From the NCBI GenBank assembly GCA_031414775.1, contig JANOQI010000016.1, positions 32,001-96,000 of the forward strand: a stretch of 64,000 bases of DNA. The letters run 5' to 3'. The notes below the pieces were generated by a model, which was not told the DNA's origin, ran no database searches, and saw only the letters and a program-made list of their open reading frames with translations. The stretch is from Synechococcales cyanobacterium VAR_4_metabat_354 (lineage in GTDB: Bacteria; Cyanobacteriota; Cyanobacteriia; Cyanobacteriales; Chamaesiphonaceae). Positions 43,344-52,695 of the stretch are shown here, piece by piece; the first letter of the stretch is position 1, and every line of letters starts with the position of its first letter. The position numbers were made by a program, and so were the translations under genes.

Positions 43344-44927
43344 ATGGCAATCTCGATCGACTTTGGCACTAGTAACACTGTAATTGCCCGTTGGAATACT
43401 GCCACCCAACAAGCCGAAACCATTAATTTACCCGGACTATCAATGGTAGATGCTCTCAATCCACCATTGATTCCCAGCCTAGTCTATGTCCATAACGCAA
43501 CCACTACAGATTTAACTATTGGTCAGGCGGTGCGCGATCGAGGCTTAGATGTTGCCAGCGATCTACGCTCTTTTGCCGGATTCAAACGAGGCATTGGAGC
43601 AGAAATTCAAGGATTTTTGCCGGAGTTAGATGGCTGTCAAATCACCTTTGAGCAAATCGGTGAATGGTTTCTAACCCAGATATTGCAGTCTATATCCCTG
43701 AGTAATAAATCCGCTGAATCGTTAGTAGTGACGGTGCCCGTCGATAGCTTTGATACCTACCGCAGTTGGTTAAACCGAGTTTGTGCCCAGCTAGAGATCG
43801 CCCAAGTATCACTATTAGATGAATCCACAGCGGCGGCGCTCGGCTACGGCTTAGATAGCGGCTTAATTTTAGTTTTAGATTGCGGCGGTGGAACGATCGA
43901 TCTATCTCTGGTGCAACTGGTCGCCAACCCTAGCCAAAAATTAGGTTTTTTAATTAAATTTGGCAATCAAGTTTTAGATAAATCTACCCAAAAAGCACAG
44001 CTAGCCAAAGTGTTAGCCAAGGCTGGCCAAAACCTGGGGGGCACCGATATTGATCGCTGGATTGCCGAATATCTAGCTGCCCAGCAAGGTTTACGGGTGA
44101 CATCCCTAATCATGCGGCTAGCCGAAAAACTCAAGATTCAGCTATCAGTAAGCACTACCGCCACCGAAGTATTTTTTGATGATCAAGCCTTTGAAACCTA
44201 CGAATTTCAACTCACCCGCGCGGAACTAGAACAAATCCTGACCGACAAAGGACTATTTTCTCAGTTAGACGACCTGCTGAAATCTATTAATCAGCAGATC
44301 GATCGACAAACTATTACTTTCAGCGCCATTGATGCGGTCTTACTAGTCGGCGGCACGGCTCAAATGCCTGCAATCCAATCCTGGATCAGTCAACATTTCG
44401 AGCCTAATAAAATCAAGCAATTCAAGCCCTTTGAAGCGATCGCTCATGGTGCTTTACAAATTACCCAGGGCTTAGAAGTCACCGATTTTCTGTACCATAG
44501 TTATGGCATTCGCTACTGGGATCGCCGTCAAAATCGTCACAACTGGCACCGGATTATTAATGCAGGTCAGCCGTACCCAATGAATAAACCATTAGAACTG
44601 ATGCTGGGGGCTTCCCAAGCTAGTCAACCCAGCATTGAACTAATTATTGGCGAACTGGGTACCGAAACCGGCGGCACCGAAATTTATTTTGATGGCGATC
44701 AATTAATTACCAAAAACTTAGCGGCTGGGGTGGCGGCGGTACGACCATTGAACGAAACAAATGAAGGTAAAAATATCGCTAAACTCGATCCGTCCGGCTT
44801 TCCGGGAAGCGATCGAATCAGGGTGAGATTTATGATCGATCGACAGCGCTGTTTACGTTTAACTGTCTATGATTTATTGACTAGCCAAAACCTCTTGGAG
44901 GATATGGTGGTGGCTGAACTCAGTTAG
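43344..44927 (+). CDS. Hsp70 family protein (not canonical DnaK)
   Basis: IDFGTSNT, DESTAAALGYG, DCGGGTID, LGGTDID, LLVGGT. Confidence 0.88.
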   Translation: MAISIDFGTSNTVIARWNTATQQAETINLPGLSMVDALNPPLIPSLVYVHNATTTDLTIGQAVRDRGLDVASDLRSFAGFKRGIGAEIQGFLPELDGCQITFEQIGEWFLTQILQSISLSNKSAESLVVTVPVDSFDTYRSWLNRVCAQLEIAQVSLLDESTAAALGYGLDSGLILVLDCGGGTIDLSLVQLVANPSQKLGFLIKFGNQVLDKSTQKAQLAKVLAKAGQNLGGTDIDRWIAEYLAAQQGLRVTSLIMRLAEKLKIQLSVSTTATEVFFDDQAFETYEFQLTRAELEQILTDKGLFSQLDDLLKSINQQIDRQTITFSAIDAVLLVGGTAQMPAIQSWISQHFEPNKIKQFKPFEAIAHGALQITQGLEVTDFLYHSYGIRYWDRRQNRHNWHRIINAGQPYPMNKPLELMLGASQASQPSIELIIGELGTETGGTEIYFDGDQLITKNLAAGVAAVRPLNETNEGKNIAKLDPSGFPGSDRIRVRFMIDRQRCLRLTVYDLLTSQNLLEDMVVAELS

Positions 44928-45277
44928 ATTAGTAGTCCGTTTCATAGATATGGGGTAACTTCAATAATCATGTTGTGGTTGAATTCAATATAGCTGTGTT
45001 GCTCCAATCGATGAAACTGTTTTTCAGTATGTATTTCAGATTGTCAATGCTCCGCAGGAGTTAAAATGTCTGAAACCCCATAAGAGCAAAGATTCTAGGA
45101 TTTGGATAAATACTTTTGTTAGTCAATCAGATCATATCGTCTCTCATTCCTTGGCAAGCCAAAATTTGCTGGAGAACTGACATTGTCTCAACATAGTAGG
45201 CTAGAAGACTTTAACTAGACCTATAATAAATTTTCAACCCGGCAAAAAAGCTTCCGAGTTAAAAATAAGATTTTTTG

Positions 45278-46153
45278 TTATCGTCGCCGTGCAACGACAA
45301 ACCGATCGAACCCTGCCCAATCATTAATAATCCGGATATCTTGATATTGACCTTGCTGTTCCAACAGTTCCACCACCGCAACGCCCTGGCCAGCCATCAT
45401 TTCGATTAGCCACAACCCACCCACCACCAAAAAGTCAGGTGCGATGGTGACTAACTCCCGTATGGCTACTAATCCATCTTGGCCGCCATCCAAAGCCAGG
45501 TGTGGTTCATGCCTAGCCACTTCCGGTTGCAAACTTGCCACCAGCGCCGTAGGAATGTAGGGCGGATTGGAAACCATCCCCATCACCTGACCAGACAAGT
45601 GGTCTAATGGTTGCCACCAGCTTCCTTGGTATAGTTCAATGCGATCGATTAAGCCAGCATTAGTAATATTTGTCCGGGCGATAGTCAAAGCCGCATCACT
45701 ATAATCCACCGCATGAATAGTGGCTTGGGGCAACGCCGCCGCTAGCCCGATCGCGATCGCGCCACTGCCTGTTCCTAAATCTAGCCAATTACCACTCTGG
45801 CTGACAGAGGATGTATGTTCTAAAACAATATCAATAATTAATTCTGTCTCTGGGCGCGGAATCAGCACCGCTGGCGAGACTTGCAACTCCCAATCCCGCC
45901 AGGGAGCAATACCCACCAAATATTGAAGAGGCACCCGCTGCTCTAGATACTGTTGCCACAGATCCAAAATCTCTGCCCAAGGCTGGCTCAGTTGCACCGA
46001 CTGTCGATCGATCAATGTCCCCAACCGCAACGACAATTTATCTACATCAGTCAGGGCAGACAGCAGCCACTCGGCGGCGGCGACTTCCGCCCCCACGCCT
46101 TGATACCACTGCCAAACGGTGGCTCCATCAATCCGTGGCACTAATTGCGCCAC
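45278..46153 (-). CDS. prmC: Release factor glutamine methyltransferase
   Basis: VLIPRPETE, LDLGTGSGAIA, SNPPY, EPHLALDGG. Confidence 0.95.
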   Translation of the reverse strand: MAQLVPRIDGATVWQWYQGVGAEVAAAEWLLSALTDVDKLSLRLGTLIDRQSVQLSQPWAEILDLWQQYLEQRVPLQYLVGIAPWRDWELQVSPAVLIPRPETELIIDIVLEHTSSVSQSGNWLDLGTGSGAIAIGLAAALPQATIHAVDYSDAALTIARTNITNAGLIDRIELYQGSWWQPLDHLSGQVMGMVSNPPYIPTALVASLQPEVARHEPHLALDGGQDGLVAIRELVTIAPDFLVVGGLWLIEMMAGQGVAVVELLEQQGQYQDIRIINDWAGFDRFVVARRR

Positions 46154-46863
46154 TAACGAATGGTAGCTTTAGAGCCACGCAGCAGCTTCACAGCTTCTGT
46201 GGATGGCATGATTGTCACCTTTTCGTACAACGGATTGTTATTCGATCGTAAGGTATTCATAAATTTTTCTAGAGAAAGGACTTGAATACCCGTTGTGTCG
46301 GCCAAACTGGGATTATTTTTTTTGAAGGTCTCCAGGTATGGTTCCAGCTGCTCACGCTCAAAGAAAAGAGGAATGATCTGCTTCTTATTTTGATTAATGG
46401 TCAAATAGCCCGGTTGTTGACCAGCTAATCCCAAAAAGAGTGGTACCCCCTCAAATTTCTCTAGAGTCGTGTTATTTTTCTGATTTAAATTGCGGGCTAC
46501 GGTAACTTGAGACTGATTAGGAACAAACAATACATCAACTTTTTTACTCGCTTTCAATTTATACATTTCGCTCAAAGATACTGGCCGAATCTGCAACTGC
46601 TTGGCCAGCTCTGGTTTCCGCTGCTGCATCTTTTGCAAAGCAGCTTGGGCATCTTTTGAACTCAAGTAAGCATTGGTATAAGTTCCATTAGTAGCATCAC
46701 GATCCACTAACGGTGACCCGGTTTTATCAGTAAGAGTGAATACTGGCAGCTCTTGCAGCTTTTTCAGAATTTGAGCCGTGGGGATAGCTTGGGCGACACT
46801 TCCAGCCAAAACACTACTACTAACCAATCCAAACACTATCCCACCCATTAAAATTTGCTTCAT
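46153..46863 (-). CDS. Tic22 family periplasmic protein
   Basis: Signal peptide; KLQELPVFTLTD..GSPL, FEGVPLF, IIPLFF; usual prmC neighbour. Confidence 0.85.
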   Translation of the reverse strand: MKQILMGGIVFGLVSSSVLAGSVAQAIPTAQILKKLQELPVFTLTDKTGSPLVDRDATNGTYTNAYLSSKDAQAALQKMQQRKPELAKQLQIRPVSLSEMYKLKASKKVDVLFVPNQSQVTVARNLNQKNNTTLEKFEGVPLFLGLAGQQPGYLTINQNKKQIIPLFFEREQLEPYLETFKKNNPSLADTTGIQVLSLEKFMNTLRSNNNPLYEKVTIMPSTEAVKLLRGSKATIR

Positions 46864-46905
46864 GGCAATGCACCTTAAAATTATGAAAAATTCCAACAAT
46901 TAAAA

Positions 46906-47328
46906 CTAGCTAGCTTTCCACTGCTGATAAGCATCATCCAACCTCGCTAGCAATGACCGGGCTGTCGATAAGCGATTGACAACGGGCGGTTGAGAACTTT
47001 GGAGGGGCAAGCTGTTTAACAGCCGAGCCTCATCGATCGCTACATCATTGTCGCTATATATAATTCCACCTAAAGCTTCTAATAACTGTTCATAATCTGC
47101 ATCATCTGGCTGACTCTTCAAGTAATCTTGCACCCACTGGTAGCATTGAGCCGCTGGAATCGCCGTCTGGCCTAAATCATTGATTAGCACACTAATCTCT
47201 GGATCGTTTGCCAAATTTTGGCTGTTAGCAATGCCGATCAGATGTTCGCGCTCAGCATCTTGCACTTGCCCATCCAGCCAAGCCACACCAATCAGAATTT
47301 TGAGGAGTTGTTGCGGAGAATTAGCCAT
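46906..47328 (-). CDS. TerB-like protein
   Basis: LLKILIGVAWLDG.VQ..ERE.L, IIYSD.DV..DEA.LL. Confidence 0.75.
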   Translation of the reverse strand: MANSPQQLLKILIGVAWLDGQVQDAEREHLIGIANSQNLANDPEISVLINDLGQTAIPAAQCYQWVQDYLKSQPDDADYEQLLEALGGIIYSDNDVAIDEARLLNSLPLQSSQPPVVNRLSTARSLLARLDDAYQQWKAS

Positions 47329-47705
47329 AGCCTCGTTGATTGAAATGCTTCACTTTTAACTTTCTCATAGCTTTGGCCATCAGCTGGTAAAACTTACAAT
47401 TACTTCTCAATCCACTAATTTTACTGCACAAGCAGTATATAAACTGATATGAATTTCCCATATTGACTTGTTGAAAAGAATATAGTGCCAGTCTGCGGAA
47501 TTTTGCTGATTCCATACCCCCAGATTTGGAGCCTCGGCCTTGATCACCACCAAAATCGTTACATTTGATACAAAATGACTCAGCAGATTCCCAGGGTGAT
47601 TCTAGTTTTCGGTGCTACTGTTTTAGATCCATGCGTACCCCCTTGTCACTTTTCTAGTGCGTGGGTACTATATAGAATACGTGTATCTATTTGACTAATT
47701 TCCCT

Positions 47706-50700
47706 ATGTCTTTTGTTGGTCTACACATCCATAGCGACTACAGCCTGCTCGATGGGGCTAGTCAATTACCAGAATTAGCCGATCGAGCAGTTGAGTTAGG
47801 GATGCCCGCGATCGCCCTCACCGATCACGGCGTAATGTATGGTGCGATCGAACTAATCAAGGTTTGTAAGGCGCGGCAAATCAAGCCGATTATTGGCAAC
47901 GAAATGTATGTGGTGGATGGCAATATTCATGAACAAAAGCGCCGCCAGAAATTTCATCAGGTGGTGCTGGCCAAAAATACCCAGGGTTATAAAAACCTGG
48001 TTAAATTAACCACCATCTCTCATTTGGAAGGATTCCAAGGACGGGGTATTTTTGCCCGTCCCTGCATCAATCGCGAGCTACTTAAGCAATATCGGGAAGG
48101 TCTGATCGTCACTAGTGCTTGCTTAGGTGGGGAGATTCCCCAAGCCATTATGGCGGGCAAATTGGAACATGCTCGCAAAGCAGCTCGCTGGTACCAAGAT
48201 GTTTTTGGTGAAGATTTTTACCTAGAAATTCAGGATCACGGCTCCCAGGAAGACCGGATTGTGAATGTGGAAATCGTACGGATTGCTGAGGAATTAGGCA
48301 TTAAAATCATTGCTACCAATGATTCCCACTTTATCTCCTGCGAGGATGTCGAAGCCCATGATGCCCTGTTGTGCATTCAAACTGGCAAACTGATCACGGA
48401 AGACAGCCGGATGCGTTACAGCGGTACTGAGTACCTCAAGTCGGCAGCAGAAATGGCGATGCTGTTCCAAGATCACCTACCCGCAGAAGTGATTAAAACG
48501 GCGATCGCCAATACCCTAGAAGTTGCCGATAAAATCGAGCCATACAACGTTTTGGGTGAACCCAGAATCCCCGACTTCCCCATTCCCCCCGGCCATACGC
48601 CCTCTACCTACGTGGAGGAAATCTCGCGCGAGGGTCTCAAAGATCTGCTGAAGGTGAATAACTATGACGACATCGATCCGGAGTATCAGGAACGGTTGGA
48701 CTACGAACTGAAAATGATCGAGCAGATGGGGTTTTCCACCTACTTTTTAGTGGTCTGGGACTATATCAAGTTTGCTCGTGATCAGGGCATTCCAGTAGGG
48801 CCAGGACGCGGCTCGGCGGCTGGTTCGCTGGTGGCTTACACCATGCGCATTACTAATATTGACCCAGTGCATCATGGCTTACTATTTGAGCGCTTTTTGA
48901 ATCCCGAACGGAAATCGATGCCGGATATTGATACCGACTTCTGCATCGAACGGCGGGATGAAGTGATTCAGTATGTGACCAAAAAATACGGCACTGAGCG
49001 GGTCGCCCAGATCATCACCTTTAACCGGATGACTTCTAAGGCGGTTCTGAAAGATGTGGCGCGGGTGCTGGACATCAACTACGGCGACTCCGATAAGATG
49101 ACCAAGTTCATCCCCACTGTACGCGGCAAGCCCACCAAACTGGCGGTGATGATTTCCGATAAAACCCCATCACCAGATTTCAAAGCAGCTTACGATAGCA
49201 ACCGGATTTTTGAAACCAAAACACCAGGAGCCGGAGTCTCCGCCCAACAATGGATTGACATGGCCATGCGGATTGAAGGCACCAACAAAACCTTTGGCGT
49301 TCACGCAGCGGGTGTAGTGATCTCCGCGCAGCCTTTAGATGAAATTGTACCCTTGCAGCGTAATAATGACGGCTCCGTAATCACCCAATACTACATGGAA
49401 GATTTGGATGCCTTGGGTCTCTTGAAAATGGACTTTTTAGGGCTGAGAAATCTGACGATTATTCAAAATGCCTTGGATTTAATCAAGCTTAATCAAGGCG
49501 ACGATATTCATCCCGACGAAATTACTTACGAAGAGCGTCGATCGATCTCAATTCTGCACAAAAATGGAACTAAAAGTAAAAAACGCCCACCCCAAGTCGA
49601 GCGCACCTATAAGGCGATCGAAGCCGGAGATTTAGAAGGCGTGTTCCAGCTGGAATCGTCGGGGATGCTGGATGTGGTATCTAAGTTGAAACCCTCTTGC
49701 ATTGAAGATTTATCTTCGATTTTGGCGCTCTATCGACCGGGGCCACTAGACGCTGGACTGATTCCCCACTTTATCGATCGTAAGCACGGTCGCGAAGCAA
49801 TTGTTTACGATCATCCATTACTAGAACCTATACTAGAGGAGACTTATGGTACTTTATGTTTACCGAAAGGAACATTGATCGATCGGCCAGATGGTGGTAG
49901 TACGCCGATTGAAAATATTCGATCAGGTGATTTGGTGTTGACCTCTGATGGTCGGCGGGTCTATCCAGCGACCGTAGCTAAACAATGGGCTAGTGGTCAG
50001 AAGCCGCTGCTCAAAATTGTGCTGTCTAGTGGAACTGTCCTGTATTCTAGTCCAGACCATCGATTTTTGACCGCAGAAGGAGATAAATGTGCCAAGGATT
50101 TAAAACCGGTCAAAAGCCTTAAGAATGCTCACTTTACTGGTGATGCAATTTATGAAAAATGGCCAGTTAGTCTAGATAAAAATTCACTACAAACTAATGA
50201 AGCATATTTATTAGGGTTATTAATTGGTGATGGTAATTTAGTGTCTTCTACCCCCAATATTGCCTGTAGAACCGAAGATTGTGCCCAATGGGTCAGTGCC
50301 CTAATGTCAAAAACATGGGGTGGCGAAGCCAAGCAGTATTTCCATACTCGTTGTTGGTATGCTTATGTAAAATTCAATACTCAGCCATACCCCACTCCTT
50401 TAACCAAGCTTCTGGATCGTATTTATACCGGCAGGAATTGGAAAGTTAAGTCGATTTTCAAGCATCTACCGTCGAATATTCTTAGCTATGTAGAGTCCGA
50501 TCGAATCGGTATTTTGAAAGGACTCTGGGATAGTGATGGCTGTTATAGCAAACGATTAGTCTATTTCCGTAGTGCCTCGCCGCAACTGTTGCGACAAGTT
50601 GGCCAACTCTTGGGCAGCTTAAAGATTCAACATCACATCGCTAAAAATTACCTGTGCATTACCGATTTAGGGAGATTTAAACAGTTTATTGGGGTGACCA

Positions 50701-52613
50701 AACTTCCGGATAAGAACTATCAACATACTCGTGAGCACTACTTACCAATCCACTCATCTGAACTAAGAAGTTATCTAGAGCCAGAAATAGTTTCGACTGA
50801 CGTTTTAACCCGCAAGCTAGTGAAACGAGCCTTGAGTCAAGCTACTCTCTTTAAACCAATTCATTCTCAATATCAAAAAAATCTAGTCGGGTGGGAGGGT
50901 TTTTATCAACAAATTTATACAGATACTTATTTACAAGATGCCCACCCAGTTTACATTATGGCCATTGAAGAAGCTGGTAAAGCCGAATGCTATGACCTGG
51001 AAATGGTTGATCAACAATCGCCTTACTTTCTCGCTCAGGGGGTTGTAGTCCATAATTGCTACCAAGAGCAGATCATGCGGATGGCGCAGGATTTAGCGGG
51101 CTATTCTCTAGGACAAGCCGACTTATTGCGACGAGCGATGAGTAAAAAGAAAGCCGACGAAATGCAGAAACAACGTACCACTTTCGTGGATGGCTCAGCC
51201 AAAAACGACATTTCTAGCGAAATTGCTAATAAGCTTTTCGACCAGATGGTCTTGTTTGCTGAATATTGCTTCAACAAATCCCACTCCACCGCCTACGCTT
51301 ACGTTACTTATCAGACCGCCTTTTTGAAAGCCAACTACCCAGTCGAATATATGGCGGCACTGCTGACAGCTAATAGTGGCGACCAAGATAAAGTCACCAA
51401 ATATTTGAATAACTGTGAGAAAACACTCCGCATTAAAGTCGAACCGCCGGATATTAATCGATCAAACATCAATTTCACCCCAGTTAAAGGCCAAAAAAGC
51501 ATTTTCTTTGGTCTCTCCGCCATTAAAAATGTAGGGGAGGGAGCGATCGAGACTATTTTGACCGAACGAGCTGCCGGCGGCGAGTTCCAATCTCTAGCCG
51601 ACCTCTGTCAGCGGATTAATATGCAAGCTGTCAATAGCCGCAACCTCGAATCGCTCATCAAATGTGGGGCCTTTGATAACATCGAACCCAACCGCCAACA
51701 GCTGATCCAGGATATGGAATTGACCGTACCCTGGGCACAAAAACGCGCGAAGGAGAAAGCGATCGGCCAAGGGAATTTGTTCGATCTGATGGGCAGCACC
51801 CCAAAAAGTGCCGACAATAGTTTTGAAGCGGCACCTAAAGCCCCCGCCACCGCAGACTTTAGTTCTCAAGAGCGCCTCCAGTTCGAGCTAGAACTATTAG
51901 GAGTCTATGTCTCCGACCATCCCCTCAAATCGGCTGAAAGCATTGTCCGGCACCAAGGAATTGCCACCGTTAATTTAAATGAAATCGATAAACATGTCCG
52001 CAAAGGCTTAATCAAAGTAGTGGTAATGCTGCAAGAAATCAAAATTGCCCAGACCAAAAAAGATAATAAATCAATGGCGATTCTCAAGATCAGCAGCATT
52101 GATGGCACTCAGGTGTCAGCAGTAGCCTTTTCCGATGCCTACGAAAAGGTCAAGAATTTATTAGCCATAAATGTACCGATTGTGATGGAAGGCAAAGCCA
52201 ATCGCCGCGATGAAGAACTCCAAATCGTGGTGGAGAGCATTACCGTCATCGACCTGAGTCTAGATTTTGGCGAGGAAGAAGTTACCGGAGACAAAATTGC
52301 CCTTGTTCACATCCCGATCGAGATGCTTCAAGATCAACGCCAGCTCCAGCAGCTCCAAATGATCTTAGAAGAATATGCTGGTACTGATCCAGACATCGCC
52401 AAAACGCCAGTCTACGCGCTGATAGCCTCGGCTACTAGCCAGCGGTTAGTCAGACTTGGGGAACGATTTGCCCTAGAGTCTGAGGACAAAGCAGTGGCCA
52501 GAATCAGCCATCTCGGCTTCACGGCCAAAATTCGGCCTCGGCCGCTAGAACTACCGCCAGTTTTAGCACCGCAATTACTCACCTCGATCGAAGCCAAGCC
52601 ATCTAGACTATAG
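47706..52613 (+). CDS. dnaE: DNA polymerase III alpha subunit, contiguous, with one intein
   Basis: PHP domain HIHSDYSLLDG, GPGRGSAAGS, SMPDIDTDF, FAEYCFNKSHS, HhH and OB-fold C-terminus all in one ORF. Confidence 0.96.
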   Translation: MSFVGLHIHSDYSLLDGASQLPELADRAVELGMPAIALTDHGVMYGAIELIKVCKARQIKPIIGNEMYVVDGNIHEQKRRQKFHQVVLAKNTQGYKNLVKLTTISHLEGFQGRGIFARPCINRELLKQYREGLIVTSACLGGEIPQAIMAGKLEHARKAARWYQDVFGEDFYLEIQDHGSQEDRIVNVEIVRIAEELGIKIIATNDSHFISCEDVEAHDALLCIQTGKLITEDSRMRYSGTEYLKSAAEMAMLFQDHLPAEVIKTAIANTLEVADKIEPYNVLGEPRIPDFPIPPGHTPSTYVEEISREGLKDLLKVNNYDDIDPEYQERLDYELKMIEQMGFSTYFLVVWDYIKFARDQGIPVGPGRGSAAGSLVAYTMRITNIDPVHHGLLFERFLNPERKSMPDIDTDFCIERRDEVIQYVTKKYGTERVAQIITFNRMTSKAVLKDVARVLDINYGDSDKMTKFIPTVRGKPTKLAVMISDKTPSPDFKAAYDSNRIFETKTPGAGVSAQQWIDMAMRIEGTNKTFGVHAAGVVISAQPLDEIVPLQRNNDGSVITQYYMEDLDALGLLKMDFLGLRNLTIIQNALDLIKLNQGDDIHPDEITYEERRSISILHKNGTKSKKRPPQVERTYKAIEAGDLEGVFQLESSGMLDVVSKLKPSCIEDLSSILALYRPGPLDAGLIPHFIDRKHGREAIVYDHPLLEPILEETYGTLCLPKGTLIDRPDGGSTPIENIRSGDLVLTSDGRRVYPATVAKQWASGQKPLLKIVLSSGTVLYSSPDHRFLTAEGDKCAKDLKPVKSLKNAHFTGDAIYEKWPVSLDKNSLQTNEAYLLGLLIGDGNLVSSTPNIACRTEDCAQWVSALMSKTWGGEAKQYFHTRCWYAYVKFNTQPYPTPLTKLLDRIYTGRNWKVKSIFKHLPSNILSYVESDRIGILKGLWDSDGCYSKRLVYFRSASPQLLRQVGQLLGSLKIQHHIAKNYLCITDLGRFKQFIGVTKLPDKNYQHTREHYLPIHSSELRSYLEPEIVSTDVLTRKLVKRALSQATLFKPIHSQYQKNLVGWEGFYQQIYTDTYLQDAHPVYIMAIEEAGKAECYDLEMVDQQSPYFLAQGVVVHNCYQEQIMRMAQDLAGYSLGQADLLRRAMSKKKADEMQKQRTTFVDGSAKNDISSEIANKLFDQMVLFAEYCFNKSHSTAYAYVTYQTAFLKANYPVEYMAALLTANSGDQDKVTKYLNNCEKTLRIKVEPPDINRSNINFTPVKGQKSIFFGLSAIKNVGEGAIETILTERAAGGEFQSLADLCQRINMQAVNSRNLESLIKCGAFDNIEPNRQQLIQDMELTVPWAQKRAKEKAIGQGNLFDLMGSTPKSADNSFEAAPKAPATADFSSQERLQFELELLGVYVSDHPLKSAESIVRHQGIATVNLNEIDKHVRKGLIKVVVMLQEIKIAQTKKDNKSMAILKISSIDGTQVSAVAFSDAYEKVKNLLAINVPIVMEGKANRRDEELQIVVESITVIDLSLDFGEEEVTGDKIALVHIPIEMLQDQRQLQQLQMILEEYAGTDPDIAKTPVYALIASATSQRLVRLGERFALESEDKAVARISHLGFTAKIRPRPLELPPVLAPQLLTSIEAKPSRL
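49857..51056 (+). mobile_element. 400-aa intein with LAGLIDADG homing endonuclease in dnaE
   Basis: Starts CLPKGT; block B SPDHRF; YLLGLLIGDG and ILKGLWDSDG; YDLEM; ends VVHN followed by Cys+1; excision gives ETYGTL-CYQEQIM. Confidence 0.93.
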
Positions 52614-52695
52614 CCACTATGAATAACAGCCACCAGATTTCGTGAAAACATCGAATCTAGTGACTACAGCAACGAAATACTTAAGACCTAAGTGT

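Noticed and set aside
45056..45083. AGGAG followed by mini-ORF MSETP*
   Set aside because: Five codons with no downstream gene to regulate; likely chance
47558..47571. GTT-N8-TAC as an NtcA-like site between terB and dnaE
   Set aside because: Imperfect match and expected by chance in AT-rich DNA
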